Assembly (NCBI GenBank): GCA_963665665.1
Contig: OY762428.1
Coordinates: forward strand, 4,064,001 to 4,128,000
From: Candidatus Kapaibacterium sp.
Lineage (GTDB): Bacteria; Bacteroidota; Ignavibacteria; Kapaibacteriales; UBA2268
DNA: 64,000 nt
Reading direction: 5' to 3'
Of the stretch, positions 9,901 to 19,200 are shown one piece after another. A program made the translations under genes and the position numbers. Below the pieces are notes generated by a model. That model ran no database searches, had not been told where the DNA came from, and saw only the letters and a list, made by a program, of their open reading frames with translations. Position 1 is the first letter of the stretch; every line of letters starts with the position of its first letter.

Positions 9901-11202
9901 ACCAACTCTGCACTTGTTTATGATTTTGATAAAAATGGTATCAACGAGTTTGGATTCACCGGAATATTCAATACGGAAAATGGTAACCGGACTTTAATGG
10001 GATTTTTCGAATACGAGCAGTTCTCCGATGCCCCCTTAGCAGTAGCCGGCCTGAACGGTTATGCTATTAATGCTTCGCAGGCATATCTGAAATGGGAAAA
10101 CGTAACTGGCGCAGATCGTTATGATATCTACAAGCTGGTAAATTCCGGCGGACAGTTGTACGCAGAATTGATTGACTCGTCAACAACTGATGAAATTACT
10201 ATCAGTAATCTTGAGAATTATACCCAATACCGTTTTGTCCTTAAAACAATTGACAGCTCTATGAGCCAGATAGAAAGCGACTGGTCTGACATTTTAAATG
10301 TCTACACCCATACACCTTTCCGACCTGTAAATATTGAAACTGTTGACAGCAGGAAATTAATTCTTTCTTATAACGGATATCTTGCCACCAGGCCTGTCGA
10401 ACCGGGATTATTCAGCGTAACAGATGATAATATTTCTTTGATTCCTGAAAGTGTACAATTATTAAACGACAGCGCTTTAATTCTGACATTTCATAGCAAA
10501 ATTCCTGACGGAACATACAGCCTCAATGCCGGAAGTTTTCCCGATTATTTCGGAACGCCGACAGAGGCCGTTTCTTTGAATTTTGAAATGGAAGAAGTTG
10601 TAATCCCTGATGAAATATTCCTTTTATCTTTGAAGGTTGTGACCAATAACAGCCTTTTACTTAAATATTCTGAACCGCCATATAAAGACCAGGCAAAAGA
10701 TATTAATAATTATGAAATAAACCCTTTCGGTTCTGTGGCAAATGTGGACGAAACAAACGATCCTTCTGAGTTTGTTATTAATTTGAGTAGTGATACTCCT
10801 GTGGGCCCGAGAGGAAAAGAATACACACTGACTGTTTCAAATATCAGCGCTGAGTCCGGTAGAAATATTACACAAGGAGCCGGAAATACTCTTGGATTTG
10901 TACTTTCTGCTGAAAACAGCGGCAACGCTTATTTATATCCCAATCCTCTCGATATAACAAAAGGCGATGAAGCCATGTTTGCCGGCCTGCCCTCACGATG
11001 CAGGGTTGTTATCATGACAATCCGGGGAGACGTTATTCGGGAGATTGAAGAACTTGACGGCAACGGAGGAACAGAATGGGATGGCAAAGATAAGGATGGC
11101 AGCAAACTGAAAAGCGGGGTTTATCTGTTCAAGGTAATAGAGTACCTGGACGACGGAAGCGAAAAAGTTTCCGACTTTAAAAAATTTGCTTATATAAGGT
11201 AG
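6910..11202 (+). CDS. Secreted S8 subtilisin-like protease with FG-GAP/VCBS repeats, Fn3-like region and T9SS/FlgD-like C-terminal domain
   Basis: Catalytic triad VVDTG / HGTAVSG / GTSMAAPH; repeated GDxDGDG motifs; C-terminal YPNP...WDGKD...SGVY. Confidence 0.92.
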   Translation: MKLVSGLKMLQILSLVIFSLLLSAASLKAKKTYIVKFKSPPKNIDNVLDNDSFYKFTDRMPAMAGDKSRDFKQTPEFIELDKYFIIKVEDNSDLLSMFGNNIESAGPNRIFHIDAEEIDDPDYLEQWNIPAVKANEAWETATGKDILVGVVDTGIEYLHPDLKNQLWVNPGEDINNNGKFDPWPFSQTIDGVTGDINYIDDDKNGYADDIIGYDFVDQDVMNLGDSKTQDYDPRDEHGHGTAVSGIIAAEKNNSYGICGVAYNAKIVTLRGLDATGNGETDDIAASIIYGAMIGVDVMNFSFGESFNTPLIHDAVKFARSRGCVIAASSGNSGWDEKHYPSDYDEVISVGAIDSDLERDYRSNYGSRLALMAPGTNVMSDNFIGGTKAYSGTSMAAPHVAAAAAMLLESKPGLGPEEVKGILQSSARDAGDKGWDLFYASGILDINSALNATGSTKFNILFPMDQANFNRDKVQSIPVVANIITPLFDTYQVFITEGENAKERLGSYPEDEKKWIPVSDKIDLQCVNDTVAVINTSELKDTVYTVRILVSLKNSNTIEQRVKIELSSAANPLKISALSFAYPIFNESRSLFITAQTNRISSYLLRYRPKSSADPYKIVNETDYRSNYHSILLTDPSAIGIEMEADAIAYLETGDSVFHNFEFTIPEKSFPTSGFDMKEYSAPPSYINNEVASLYGSGSEVFAVNDYSYGTWGYAKLYQFEDGEFKSKDSLYGSWIPNGIGDSNGDGIMEVLAYKGGKTALFQAEPGSSNPFSSIMFADTILQNFWAAGMKDIDGDGLEDIIAFNDTTFFIMTYKNGKYEYIPALVEYPYNLIGTFPGLAVGDFDNDGNIELCHGNIRGNLIIHEFKNGQFSVEKIDGSTITSGSQYLYSADIDGDGTPEIISANFGQNVLLPNNDGGKSLWLYRVIKYTDEDYKVIWDDLLYGVRGGFGYRNAALAGNLDSDPADEIIISAFPNIYVMEWDDEKNDMKPMWTFPNVFTNSALVYDFDKNGINEFGFTGIFNTENGNRTLMGFFEYEQFSDAPLAVAGLNGYAINASQAYLKWENVTGADRYDIYKLVNSGGQLYAELIDSSTTDEITISNLENYTQYRFVLKTIDSSMSQIESDWSDILNVYTHTPFRPVNIETVDSRKLILSYNGYLATRPVEPGLFSVTDDNISLIPESVQLLNDSALILTFHSKIPDGTYSLNAGSFPDYFGTPTEAVSLNFEMEEVVIPDEIFLLSLKVVTNNSLLLKYSEPPYKDQAKDINNYEINPFGSVANVDETNDPSEFVINLSSDTPVGPRGKEYTLTVSNISAESGRNITQGAGNTLGFVLSAENSGNAYLYPNPLDITKGDEAMFAGLPSRCRVVIMTIRGDVIREIEELDGNGGTEWDGKDKDGSKLKSGVYLFKVIEYLDDGSEKVSDFKKFAYIR

Positions 11203-11232
11203 GATAAAATTTTTAAATATTTAAAAAATAAT

Positions 11233-11631
11233 ATGGCAACAGAAAATATTAGTAAAAAGTTAGAGAAATATGATTTCAATTTCGTAAATCAGGAGAAATC
11301 CATAATTATTAAAGCCGGGCTTTCGCAGGAAGTTGAAGTATGGTTTCATGAAAACGGAAAAATAATGATTAAGGACAAACTGACAGGATGGAATCCGTTA
11401 ACCGGACTAATCCAGATGAGCCTAAGAAGTGCCGTGATATATATATCCATTGCTTTCTTTGCTCTTCTTGCAGTAATGATATTTACATCATCAGTAAACG
11501 ACAATATTACCCCCTTTTTCGGCATTCTATATACGCTGTTGACAGTCTGGTCTGTTATGTGGGTAATATATTATACAATAAAGCTTGAAAGTTTGAAGAG
11601 GACCTTGATATTCTTCATAGAGAATGAATAA
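11233..11631 (+). CDS. Hypothetical membrane protein (2 TM)
   Basis: 132 aa with two hydrophobic segments. Confidence 0.7.
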   Translation: MATENISKKLEKYDFNFVNQEKSIIIKAGLSQEVEVWFHENGKIMIKDKLTGWNPLTGLIQMSLRSAVIYISIAFFALLAVMIFTSSVNDNITPFFGILYTLLTVWSVMWVIYYTIKLESLKRTLIFFIENE

Positions 11632-11683
11632 GTTTTTATTCATGGACAATATTCAAAATATTATAATCACCCTATCACAATAA

Positions 11684-12361
11684 TCAGATATTCAGCTTTT
11701 TCCTGTTTGTTTTGGGTTCGAACTCCTGAACATAATGGGGTGTAAAATCTGTAGTAGAAGTCAGTTTTCCTTCCCTGAACATCTGCATCCCGAGAGTTGC
11801 AATATAAGCCGGCGACAGAGTATTAAGCACTTCTACACTACTGTCATCTGACACAAGTCCTGCACCGGGCCCGCAAAGCAATGTATTCCCTGAATCTACA
11901 GCAAATTCAGAAATTGTACCTGTTTGGATTTCACTTTTCGGCTTCGCCGCTTTATCAAATTCCTGATAGTAAATAATATCCTTATAAGCCGGAATTACAG
12001 GAAGAATTTTATAGAATTCAAATTTCCCGTAACTTTGGGAAGCAGCAAGCGCAAGTGCAGATAAAGTAGGTACTGCTATCAGCGGAGGATTATCTCCAAA
12101 ACAGAGCCCCTTTGCCACGGCAGCGCCGATTCTCAGCCCGGTAAAGGAGCCCGGCCCGGCAGAAACTGCAACAGCATCAATATCCTTAACATCAAATGAC
12201 AAATCGCCGAGAAGCCTCCTGATATTTTCGGAAAGGAGCCTGTCGTGCAGATTGCTACCATATAAATTATATTCCCCTAAAAGGCCGCTATTGTCAATCA
12301 AGGCTGCCCCGCAGGTCGACCCGGATGTTTCAATTGCCAGTATTCTTGTATTCTTTTCCAT
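11684..12361 (-). CDS. tsaB: tRNA threonylcarbamoyladenosine biosynthesis protein TsaB
   Basis: ILAIETS and AVSAGPGSFTGLRIG. Confidence 0.93.
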   Translation of the reverse strand: MEKNTRILAIETSGSTCGAALIDNSGLLGEYNLYGSNLHDRLLSENIRRLLGDLSFDVKDIDAVAVSAGPGSFTGLRIGAAVAKGLCFGDNPPLIAVPTLSALALAASQSYGKFEFYKILPVIPAYKDIIYYQEFDKAAKPKSEIQTGTISEFAVDSGNTLLCGPGAGLVSDDSSVEVLNTLSPAYIATLGMQMFREGKLTSTTDFTPHYVQEFEPKTNRKKLNI

Positions 12362-12485
12362 CAGTATTAATCTCTTTAGCCAAATTTATATTTTAGAAAC
12401 CGCTCGTCGTAATATCCTATCCCGACATACAATAGAGAAAGGATATCCCAATCCATTTTTTCTTTCGGATAAGATATCCGAAAAA

Positions 12486-12555
12486 GCATTTTGAATGAAT
12501 TGAAGAATCCGGTATTAGTACTGCATACTGGATTCTTCACTTCGTTCAGAATGAC
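12486..12555. repeat. REP-like palindromic element, family A (degenerate)
   Basis: GCATTTTGAATGAATTGAAGAATCC...GGATTCTTCACTTCGTTCAGAATGAC; relatives at 18466 and 47245. Confidence 0.7.
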
Positions 12556-12600
12556 AAATCGTAAATATTTTGAACAAGGAGACATCGCCTATTAAATTTT

Positions 12601-12921
12601 CTACATTCCAAAATCCATTCCGGGGATTTTCGGGAGCATTCCGGTAACCTTCTTCATTTCCGAATCAGCCATTTCCGAGGCTGCCTGGGAAGCATTATTT
12701 ACAGCAGCCACGATAAGGTCTTCCATCATTTCCATATCTTCAGGATCAACAATTTCCTTACTAATATTTATTGAAACAACCCTGTTCGCACCTGTCATGG
12801 TAACTTTCACCATACCGCCGCCGGATTCTGCCGAAACAGTTTTCTGTGCAATTTCTCCTTTTACTCTTTCCATTTCCTGCTGTACTTTCTGGGCCTGCTG
12901 CATAATCGACTGGATATTCAT
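12601..12921 (-). CDS. ybaB: YbaB/EbfC nucleoid-associated protein
   Basis: MQQAQKVQ, SGGGMVKV, DPEDMEMMEDLIVAAVN. Confidence 0.93.
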   Translation of the reverse strand: MNIQSIMQQAQKVQQEMERVKGEIAQKTVSAESGGGMVKVTMTGANRVVSINISKEIVDPEDMEMMEDLIVAAVNNASQAASEMADSEMKKVTGMLPKIPGMDFGM

Positions 12922-13076
12922 AGTTTTTTCCTTTTAAACATCTTTTTACCAATTTATTGAAACTAAATTAATAAAATCTTTGATTAGTTCTAAAACTTTG
13001 TTTAAATTTCTACGTTATTACATTTGAAAATAATAATTGATTTATATTTTTTGATTCACAATTCTCGAGGACAGAT

Positions 13077-13763
13077 ATGGGAATCTTCTCACGGATTTCG
13101 GATGTATTTAAAGCGAACGTCAACGACGCGCTCGACAAGGCTGAAGACCCCGAAAAAATGATCAAGCAAATGGTTATTGAAATGGAAGAATCGGTAAATA
13201 AAACTACTCTTGCTGTTTCAGGCGCTATTGCTAACGAAAAATCACTGGAAAGAAAAATTGAAAAAGCCCGCAGGGAACGCGACGACTGGGAGAAAAAAGC
13301 TATGCAGGCGCTCCAGGCAGGCCGCGAAGACCTGGCAAAAGCCGCCCTGGAGAAAAAGGCTGTGGCAGAAAGAAACATGAACGATATGGGCCCGATATAT
13401 CAGCAGGCAAAAACTACTGCCACGAAAATGCGCCAGCAACTTGATTCGCTGAAAAACAAACTGGACGAGGCACGCTCACGTCAGAGCACTCTGATAGCAC
13501 GCTCGCAGGCAGCCAAGGCACAAAAACAGATTTCACAGTCGATGAGCGGCGTGGGCTCCGATGCCTTTGGTAAATTCGAAAAATACGAAACTAAAGTTGA
13601 AAAACTTGAAGCTGAAGCTGAAGCTTTTGGCGAACTGGCAGGCGATGCCACAAGCCTTGACGATGAATTCAAAGCCCTGGAAAGCACTTCTGTTGTCGAT
13701 GACGACCTGATGAAGCTGAAAGCAAAAATGGGAATGCTCCCTGATTCATCCAAGGAAAATTAG
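13077..13763 (+). CDS. pspA: PspA/IM30 family protein
   Basis: MGIFSRISDVFKANVNDALDKAEDPEKM, GREDLAKAAL, long coiled coil. Confidence 0.93.
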   Translation: MGIFSRISDVFKANVNDALDKAEDPEKMIKQMVIEMEESVNKTTLAVSGAIANEKSLERKIEKARRERDDWEKKAMQALQAGREDLAKAALEKKAVAERNMNDMGPIYQQAKTTATKMRQQLDSLKNKLDEARSRQSTLIARSQAAKAQKQISQSMSGVGSDAFGKFEKYETKVEKLEAEAEAFGELAGDATSLDDEFKALESTSVVDDDLMKLKAKMGMLPDSSKEN

Positions 13764-13787
13764 TAAGATATTTTTCGGAGAAAATAA

Positions 13788-14285
13788 ATGATAGATGAAA
13801 ATACATTACACAAAGATAACGAGGTTTCAGCAATGGAAACACCTATTGAATTAATTCAGCAGACCAATGAGAAAGTGGAAGCCGTTCTGGCAGAAAATTT
13901 CCCCGGCCACCTGAAATTCGGAGACGGGCAATATACAATTTCACATGGATCTACACAGATAATGATCGTGGTTCGTCCCTTCACCGACGACGAGACCTGC
14001 GTTGAATGTATTAGCCAGCTTGTTTCGGGCGCCACGGTAAATGAAGAACTTTCCAAATTCCTGCTCAGGAAAAATGCCGAGCTTCATTTTGGCGCTTTCG
14101 GCCTTCTTTTTGATGATACTATTACTTTCTCTCATTCCATCGCAGGAAAGAACCTCGATGCGAACGAGCTTCTAACAACTCTTAATTCCGTAGCAGTTAT
14201 TGCTGATTTTTATGATGATGAAATCGTGAATATGGCAGGCGGAAAGAGAGCAGCCGACATCAACGAAGCTGATCTTGAAGATTAA
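13788..14285 (+). CDS. YbjN/CesT-like (T3SS chaperone fold) protein
   Basis: GST, FLLRKNAELHFGAF and VAVIADFYDDEI pattern typical of the YbjN family. Confidence 0.7.
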   Translation: MIDENTLHKDNEVSAMETPIELIQQTNEKVEAVLAENFPGHLKFGDGQYTISHGSTQIMIVVRPFTDDETCVECISQLVSGATVNEELSKFLLRKNAELHFGAFGLLFDDTITFSHSIAGKNLDANELLTTLNSVAVIADFYDDEIVNMAGGKRAADINEADLED

Positions 14286-14315
14286 AGTAAATTATCAGTG
14301 AAATAAATTTCTTAT

Positions 14316-14350
14316 GCGTCCGGCAATAAAAATTGCCGGGCGTTTTTTTT
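14316..14350 (+). terminator. Intrinsic terminator of the pspA operon
   Basis: GCGTCCGGCAAT-AAAA-ATTGCCGGGCGT plus T-tract. Confidence 0.85.
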
Positions 14351-14364
14351 GTATCAAATAATTT

Positions 14365-14538
14365 TCAACTCAATTTTTTGATAATATTTCGGGCTAAAAT
14401 CTCATGAATTTCTTTATGTCTTGGAATCGGTTGAATGACTCCGGTTCTTTTATTTTTAAACCAATCATGTTTTCCACCATGCCGAACAAATTCACACCCA
14501 AGCTGCTGAAGAATTTTTATTAAATCCCTCCTTTTCAT
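14365..14538 (-). CDS. hicA: HicA family mRNA interferase toxin (57 aa, absent from the ORF track)
   Basis: Manual translation MKRRDLIKILQQLGCEFVRHGGKHDWFKNKRTGVIQPIPRHKEIHEILARNIIKKLS; ATGA overlap with hicB. Confidence 0.88.
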   Translation of the reverse strand: MKRRDLIKILQQLGCEFVRHGGKHDWFKNKRTGVIQPIPRHKEIHEILARNIIKKLS

Positions 14539-14726
14539 ACAATTTCTAAATCAATTGTATATCTTTTTCCGGGTATTTCTTCTTTTTCAATATCATGATA
14601 TATATCCTTAAGATTTTCCAGAAGTTCATCAAGAGAAATTCCCTGGGTCATATATTCAGGATAATCATTTAGATATCCAAGATAGAATTTGCCGTCCAGC
14701 CAATATGTTACAGATTTTTTTATCAT
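14535..14726 (-). CDS. hicB: Short HicB family antitoxin
   Basis: YLGYLNDYPEYMTQGISLDELLENLKD; directly upstream of hicA. Confidence 0.85.
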   Translation of the reverse strand: MIKKSVTYWLDGKFYLGYLNDYPEYMTQGISLDELLENLKDIYHDIEKEEIPGKRYTIDLEIV

Positions 14727-14807
14727 TTTTTTCCTGTCACATTCTATCAATTAAAACGAAAAAAACAGTAATTATTTTAGAATTTAAAACAATTGCTTTA
14801 TCAAGGC

Positions 14808-15953
14808 CTACAATTCCACTTCGCACTCGTCCGTTACCCTGAAACCGGTTAGAGGAATATTAGTAATTATAGCGCTAATATCTTTTTTTCTTTTTCCGTT
14901 GTAAATATACAAGCTGCAGAGTTCGTCACCAGCAAGAATTGCTGAAAATGCTATGGCCTTTCCTGATGGCGAGGATTGAATCTTCAGGCTTTCATCTTCG
15001 AAATCCCCAATAGCAGATGCAATTTCAGTGCGGCTTAATAATAATTCTTCCTTTCCTGCCGGAATGCTTATTGAATAAATACTGCCCGACCGGCTATAAA
15101 ACAGATTCGAATTGAGGCAGGCGCACTGTCCGTGTGTAATTTCAACATCACTGTTAACATCAATTTTTTCAGAACTAACGCCGTCAAAAAGCATAATATT
15201 TTCGTCAATATCAAAAAGGGCTTTGCTTTCGGACTGAATTATACCAAGCGAACGCGGAATATTTACCCTGACATCATCTTCGAAATCAATGATCCCATTG
15301 TTGTAATGAAATACCCTGTACAATGTATCCCCCTCGGGGAAGATTCCACCTGCAACAAAATAGGCCACCGAGGCATTCGCATTGAAAAGCGATGGCTGCG
15401 CTGGAAAAAAGAAATCATCCGCCCCGTTGAAAGCCTCTTCAAGATACTCCGTTATATCCTCGCTTTCCGACGAGCCGTCGCAGAACCAGGGGATTGTCAG
15501 CATATAACGATCTTTGTCCGTTCCTGAAGTATCGGTCAGTTTCAGGAATACACAGCTCAACTTACAATTGTAGCTTTGTGAAATATAAGGGTATCGAAGC
15601 ATTTCAACTTCTTTCCCTTCAAATTCGTTCAGGATAATATCAATATCCCAGAGTTTGGCTTCTTTGCAATATTTCCAGTATCTTTTGGATATTTCCGCCC
15701 CGTATTGGAAAAGTACTTTTCCGTTTTCACAGCACTGTGTAATATATTCCGGCTTATTCCAGGCAGCTTTCCTAAGCTGGTTTTGAGAAGTCCTGTAAAC
15801 ATAAAATCCACTTTCGGAACTGTCGGTTACGGGATTATCCCCAAGGCTGAAATACACAATTGTTGATTTACTTTCTTCAGGGCCGCCACTCTCGTCAGGA
15901 CAGGATTGCAAAGAAAATGATAATAAAATAAATATAATGATATTTCTATACAT
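14808..15953 (-). CDS. Hypothetical lipoprotein (beta-propeller-like)
   Basis: Lipobox LQSC; SSPSGKAIAF; apparent paralog of 50854..52059. Confidence 0.7.
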   Translation of the reverse strand: MYRNIIIFILLSFSLQSCPDESGGPEESKSTIVYFSLGDNPVTDSSESGFYVYRTSQNQLRKAAWNKPEYITQCCENGKVLFQYGAEISKRYWKYCKEAKLWDIDIILNEFEGKEVEMLRYPYISQSYNCKLSCVFLKLTDTSGTDKDRYMLTIPWFCDGSSESEDITEYLEEAFNGADDFFFPAQPSLFNANASVAYFVAGGIFPEGDTLYRVFHYNNGIIDFEDDVRVNIPRSLGIIQSESKALFDIDENIMLFDGVSSEKIDVNSDVEITHGQCACLNSNLFYSRSGSIYSISIPAGKEELLLSRTEIASAIGDFEDESLKIQSSPSGKAIAFSAILAGDELCSLYIYNGKRKKDISAIITNIPLTGFRVTDECEVEL

Positions 15954-15954
15954 A

Positions 15955-16332
15955 TTATTGCCTCTGTTTTATTTCAAACATATTGCCCGAATTATCTTTA
16001 ATGAATACAGGATGTCCCTGTTTTGGTATAATCACTTTAAATCCGGATTCTTTTGATAATTCTGCAATTTTTTGGGGGTTATCGGATAGCAGGCATAAAT
16101 GATTTATATTGGGTACAGCTGAATTTATTGATTCAATCAGAAATAGCTCTATCATCAGCTCTTCTTTTCTGATTACCTGAACAGGTATTTGGGCTTTTAC
16201 TTCGAACAGTTCATCTGAAATGCCGGACGGTATTATAAAATCATAATCTTTTTTAAATCCAAGAATATCTATCCATAGTTTTTCTAAGTCGTTTGTATTT
16301 GATATTATTCCTATATGATGAAGCTCAGTCAT
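15955..16332 (-). CDS. VOC/glyoxalase family protein
   Basis: LHHIGI, IELF, INHLCL, FIKDNSGNMFEI. Confidence 0.82.
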   Translation of the reverse strand: MTELHHIGIISNTNDLEKLWIDILGFKKDYDFIIPSGISDELFEVKAQIPVQVIRKEELMIELFLIESINSAVPNINHLCLLSDNPQKIAELSKESGFKVIIPKQGHPVFIKDNSGNMFEIKQRQ

Positions 16333-16470
16333 TTATTTACTCCTGTAATTGTTAAAACACAATTTATAAAAACATTCAGGAATAAAAAAAATTTTCAATA
16401 TTCTAAATCTTTAATCTCTGTTTCCGGATGAATAATTGGGGTAGGGCTTATCAATACAAATGATAAAAAG

Positions 16471-16539
16471 AACGGCGGCTGATCATATCTTTCGCACGTT
16501 GACGCGCATACCCTTTCTGCCAAAAAACCAGCCGCCGTT
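16471..16539 (-). terminator. Long-loop hairpin, probable terminator
   Basis: Perfect 11-bp inverted repeat AACGGCGGCTG/CAGCCGCCGTT just after the 16546 stop; T-rich tail on the minus strand. Confidence 0.5.
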
Positions 16540-16545
16540 TATAAA

Positions 16546-17949
16546 TTATTCAACTATCAGCTTACGAATGCAAACACTTGATTCGCAAGAAATTTCAATA
16601 TGATAGGTACCGGATGATAATTTACCGGCCGGGATTGATATATTGTTTTCAGTTGTAACTAATTCCATCAATATTTTTCCATTTATATCAATTACTTTTA
16701 TAATTGATTTTTCAGATATATTGGAATTATCAATTCTTATGTTAAAATGTCCGGATTTTACCACGGGATTGGGATAAACTGTTGCTAAGTCAGGATTAAA
16801 AGTCTTTTCTACTGAACTTGTTCCGGGAGTGTATTCAATAATACCGTTTTTTGTGCCAAACAGGATTCTGCCGTCGTTTAGATTCTCAGTGGAATAAATA
16901 CCGGAAAAGTCAATCATCGGCCTTCCGGTTTTTGCGTTAACATCAATTGAATAAGTATCTTCATAATCATAATAATACAGGCCGTCGTGAAATTTTACAA
17001 GAAATATACCGTCGTCAGCGTTTATCGCCATGTTATCAAAATATCTCATGGCAACATATCCCTCTTCTTCACCCGGAATAATCCATTCCCCGTCTTCGTA
17101 TTTAGCCAGATAACTCGGGGAAAAATTATAATTATCGCCCTGAATATGCTCGTAAAGTATCCACAGATTTCCGTCTTCATCGAAATCAACGCAGGCTGCA
17201 TCATGGAAATTAGTTTTATCCATGATAATTGGAAGGTCATGAACCAGTATCGTATCCCCGCTTATCTGAAACAAGCCTCCGACAGCGCCTGTATCCTGAG
17301 TATTGTGGAAACTTGCACACCACAGGCTCCCGTCAGGCGCCAGCTTTATATTCGTATTGGAAAAGAATGCCACTCCCATATTACTCACTTCCTGCAGGCT
17401 GAATAAAATTTCGATTTCTTCTCCATTCCAGCGCAGGACTTCGCTGCCCATATTGTTATATATCTTTGTACCGCTATACTCGCCCTGGTAGGCAAGTATG
17501 GCACTTACAAAATAAATATTTCCTTCATTGTCTGCCTCTGCATAATCGGTTTCCCTTATTGCTGTATCGCCGGTAGGAGCTATCATTTTATGCCATTCCA
17601 CACCATCGTACATCATAAAATATTTTCCGGCCATGCAGCATATATTGCCGTTTTTATCTATTTCAGGGGCTGAAATAACAATTTTCGGATCAATATCCCA
17701 ATTGAACTGAGGCCTGGATATTCTCTCCCATTCAACACCCTGAAATTTTTCAATTGCATAGGAAGTTTCAAAACTACTCTGGCTGAACTCATTGGATAAA
17801 GCATAAATCGTTTCGTTATCTTCATCATAGAGTGTTGAAGTAATAGCAATACCGGAAGACTGGCCTATTTCCAGGAATTTCCATTCTTCAGCGTTCAAAA
17901 TACTAAATGAAAACAGGCAAACAATAATAGTCCATACTACGCAACGCAT
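16546..17949 (-). CDS. Secreted beta-propeller protein with T9SS C-terminal domain
   Basis: Signal peptide, DxxGNLW-type repeats, C-terminal VYPNP...DINGK...LSSGTY...KLIVE. Confidence 0.82.
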   Translation of the reverse strand: MRCVVWTIIVCLFSFSILNAEEWKFLEIGQSSGIAITSTLYDEDNETIYALSNEFSQSSFETSYAIEKFQGVEWERISRPQFNWDIDPKIVISAPEIDKNGNICCMAGKYFMMYDGVEWHKMIAPTGDTAIRETDYAEADNEGNIYFVSAILAYQGEYSGTKIYNNMGSEVLRWNGEEIEILFSLQEVSNMGVAFFSNTNIKLAPDGSLWCASFHNTQDTGAVGGLFQISGDTILVHDLPIIMDKTNFHDAACVDFDEDGNLWILYEHIQGDNYNFSPSYLAKYEDGEWIIPGEEEGYVAMRYFDNMAINADDGIFLVKFHDGLYYYDYEDTYSIDVNAKTGRPMIDFSGIYSTENLNDGRILFGTKNGIIEYTPGTSSVEKTFNPDLATVYPNPVVKSGHFNIRIDNSNISEKSIIKVIDINGKILMELVTTENNISIPAGKLSSGTYHIEISCESSVCIRKLIVE

Positions 17950-18338
17950 AATAAACCTCTTAAAGATAATTCATTGATCAAAAACTTTAGATAACTTACC
18001 CGGCTATTTTAATTTGGTTACAATTAAATATGATGAAATTTCGAAGATTGATCCATACCCTCCGGATGCATCAAGTGTTCAGATTTCGAAATAATATATT
18101 TTTAAGAATTCTTTATCATTTTGCTAATTGATTGTAAACCAACAGAATAAAAAAAAGCCGGAAAGGGCATTGTCCGACTTTATTTGTATTGGTTCTAATT
18201 CCAACAGTACCTAACAACTTGGCAGAGGGTACCTTTATTTCTTTTATAACCCGCCAATTGAAAAAAGGCTACAAAAAAAGTTATATTTTTACATTATTCT
18301 TGATAATTAAAATAAAATGCGATAAGAATTCCGGATCA

Positions 18339-18428
18339 ATTCCCCTTGAGGGATGGCCGAAGGCCGGGGGTGGAGTTGCGTAAAATTCCCCTCGTTGAGG
18401 GGTGGCGAGCGTAGCGAGACGGGGTGGA
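18339..18428. repeat. Two tandem REP-like elements, family B
   Basis: TTCCCCT..GAGGG.TGGC..(hairpin)..GGGGTGG twice; inverted copy at 49436-49476. Confidence 0.6.
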
Positions 18429-18465
18429 TTCTTATTCCGGTTGAAGTTATTATAGTTGCCGAAAG

Positions 18466-18556
18466 GTCATTCTGAGCGCCAGCGAAGAATCCATTCTTTT
18501 TTCATCAGCTACTAAGAAAGATGGATTCTTCAGTCGCTTCGCTCCGTCAGAATGAC
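18466..18556. repeat. REP-like palindromic element, family A
   Basis: GTCATTCTGAGCGCCAGCGAAGAATCCAT...ATGGATTCTTCAGTCGCTTCGCTCCGTCAGAATGAC. Confidence 0.8.
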
Positions 18557-18597
18557 AACATAATACTTCCTTCTCCGGCCCTTACCACCCGTTCTTC

Positions 18598-19176
18598 CAC
18601 CCCAATGAACCAACCGCCGGCCTTAATTCACCAACCTGTGGTTTCAATGAATCGAATATTTTCCTTAATTCAATGCTGTTTTGAACCAAAATCCTGATGT
18701 TTGGGCTAAATGCTTTGTTGGCAGGGCTTTATACTGCCTTGTCCGGAGGTATTGAAGCATTGTCCCGCCTTAATGTAATGAAATTCCGCCTCATTGTATG
18801 CTTGTTTAGCCTTATTGTTGCCTTGTTCCGCCTCATTGCTTGCTTGTTCCGCTTTACTGATGTCTTGTTCTGCTTCATTGCTCACTTGTTCCGCCTTACT
18901 GATGTCTTGTTCCGCTTTATTGCTTGCTTGTTTGGCTTCATTGATGTCTTGTTCTACTTCATTGCTTGCTTGTTCTGCCTTATTGAAGTCTTGTTCCGCC
19001 TCATTGCTTGCTTGTTCTGCCTCATTGATGTCTTGTTCCGCCTCAATGCATGCTTGTTTTACCTCATTGCTTGCTTGTTTGGCCTCGTTGATGTCTTGTT
19101 CCGCCTCATTGTATGCTTGTTTAGCCTTATTGACGACTTGTTCTGTCTCATTGATTGCTTGTTTGGCATTGAAATC
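18598..19176 (-). repeat. Left 21-bp tandem array: 18 strong units at 18787-19164 plus degenerate in-register units to ~18600
   Basis: Minus-strand units such as GAACAAGCAAGCAATGAGGCG and GAACAAGACATCAATGAGGCA repeating every 21 bp. Confidence 0.92.
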
Positions 19177-19200
19177 CCGAAGGTAGAGATAAGAATAGTC

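Noticed and set aside
12376-12585. 69-aa minus-strand ORF (VILNEVKNP)
   Set aside because: Translation of a REP-like palindrome
18148-18240. Possible riboswitch or sRNA upstream of the 17949 gene
   Set aside because: Only a weak terminator-like hairpin and a short GGTAC/GTACC pairing; no recognisable aptamer
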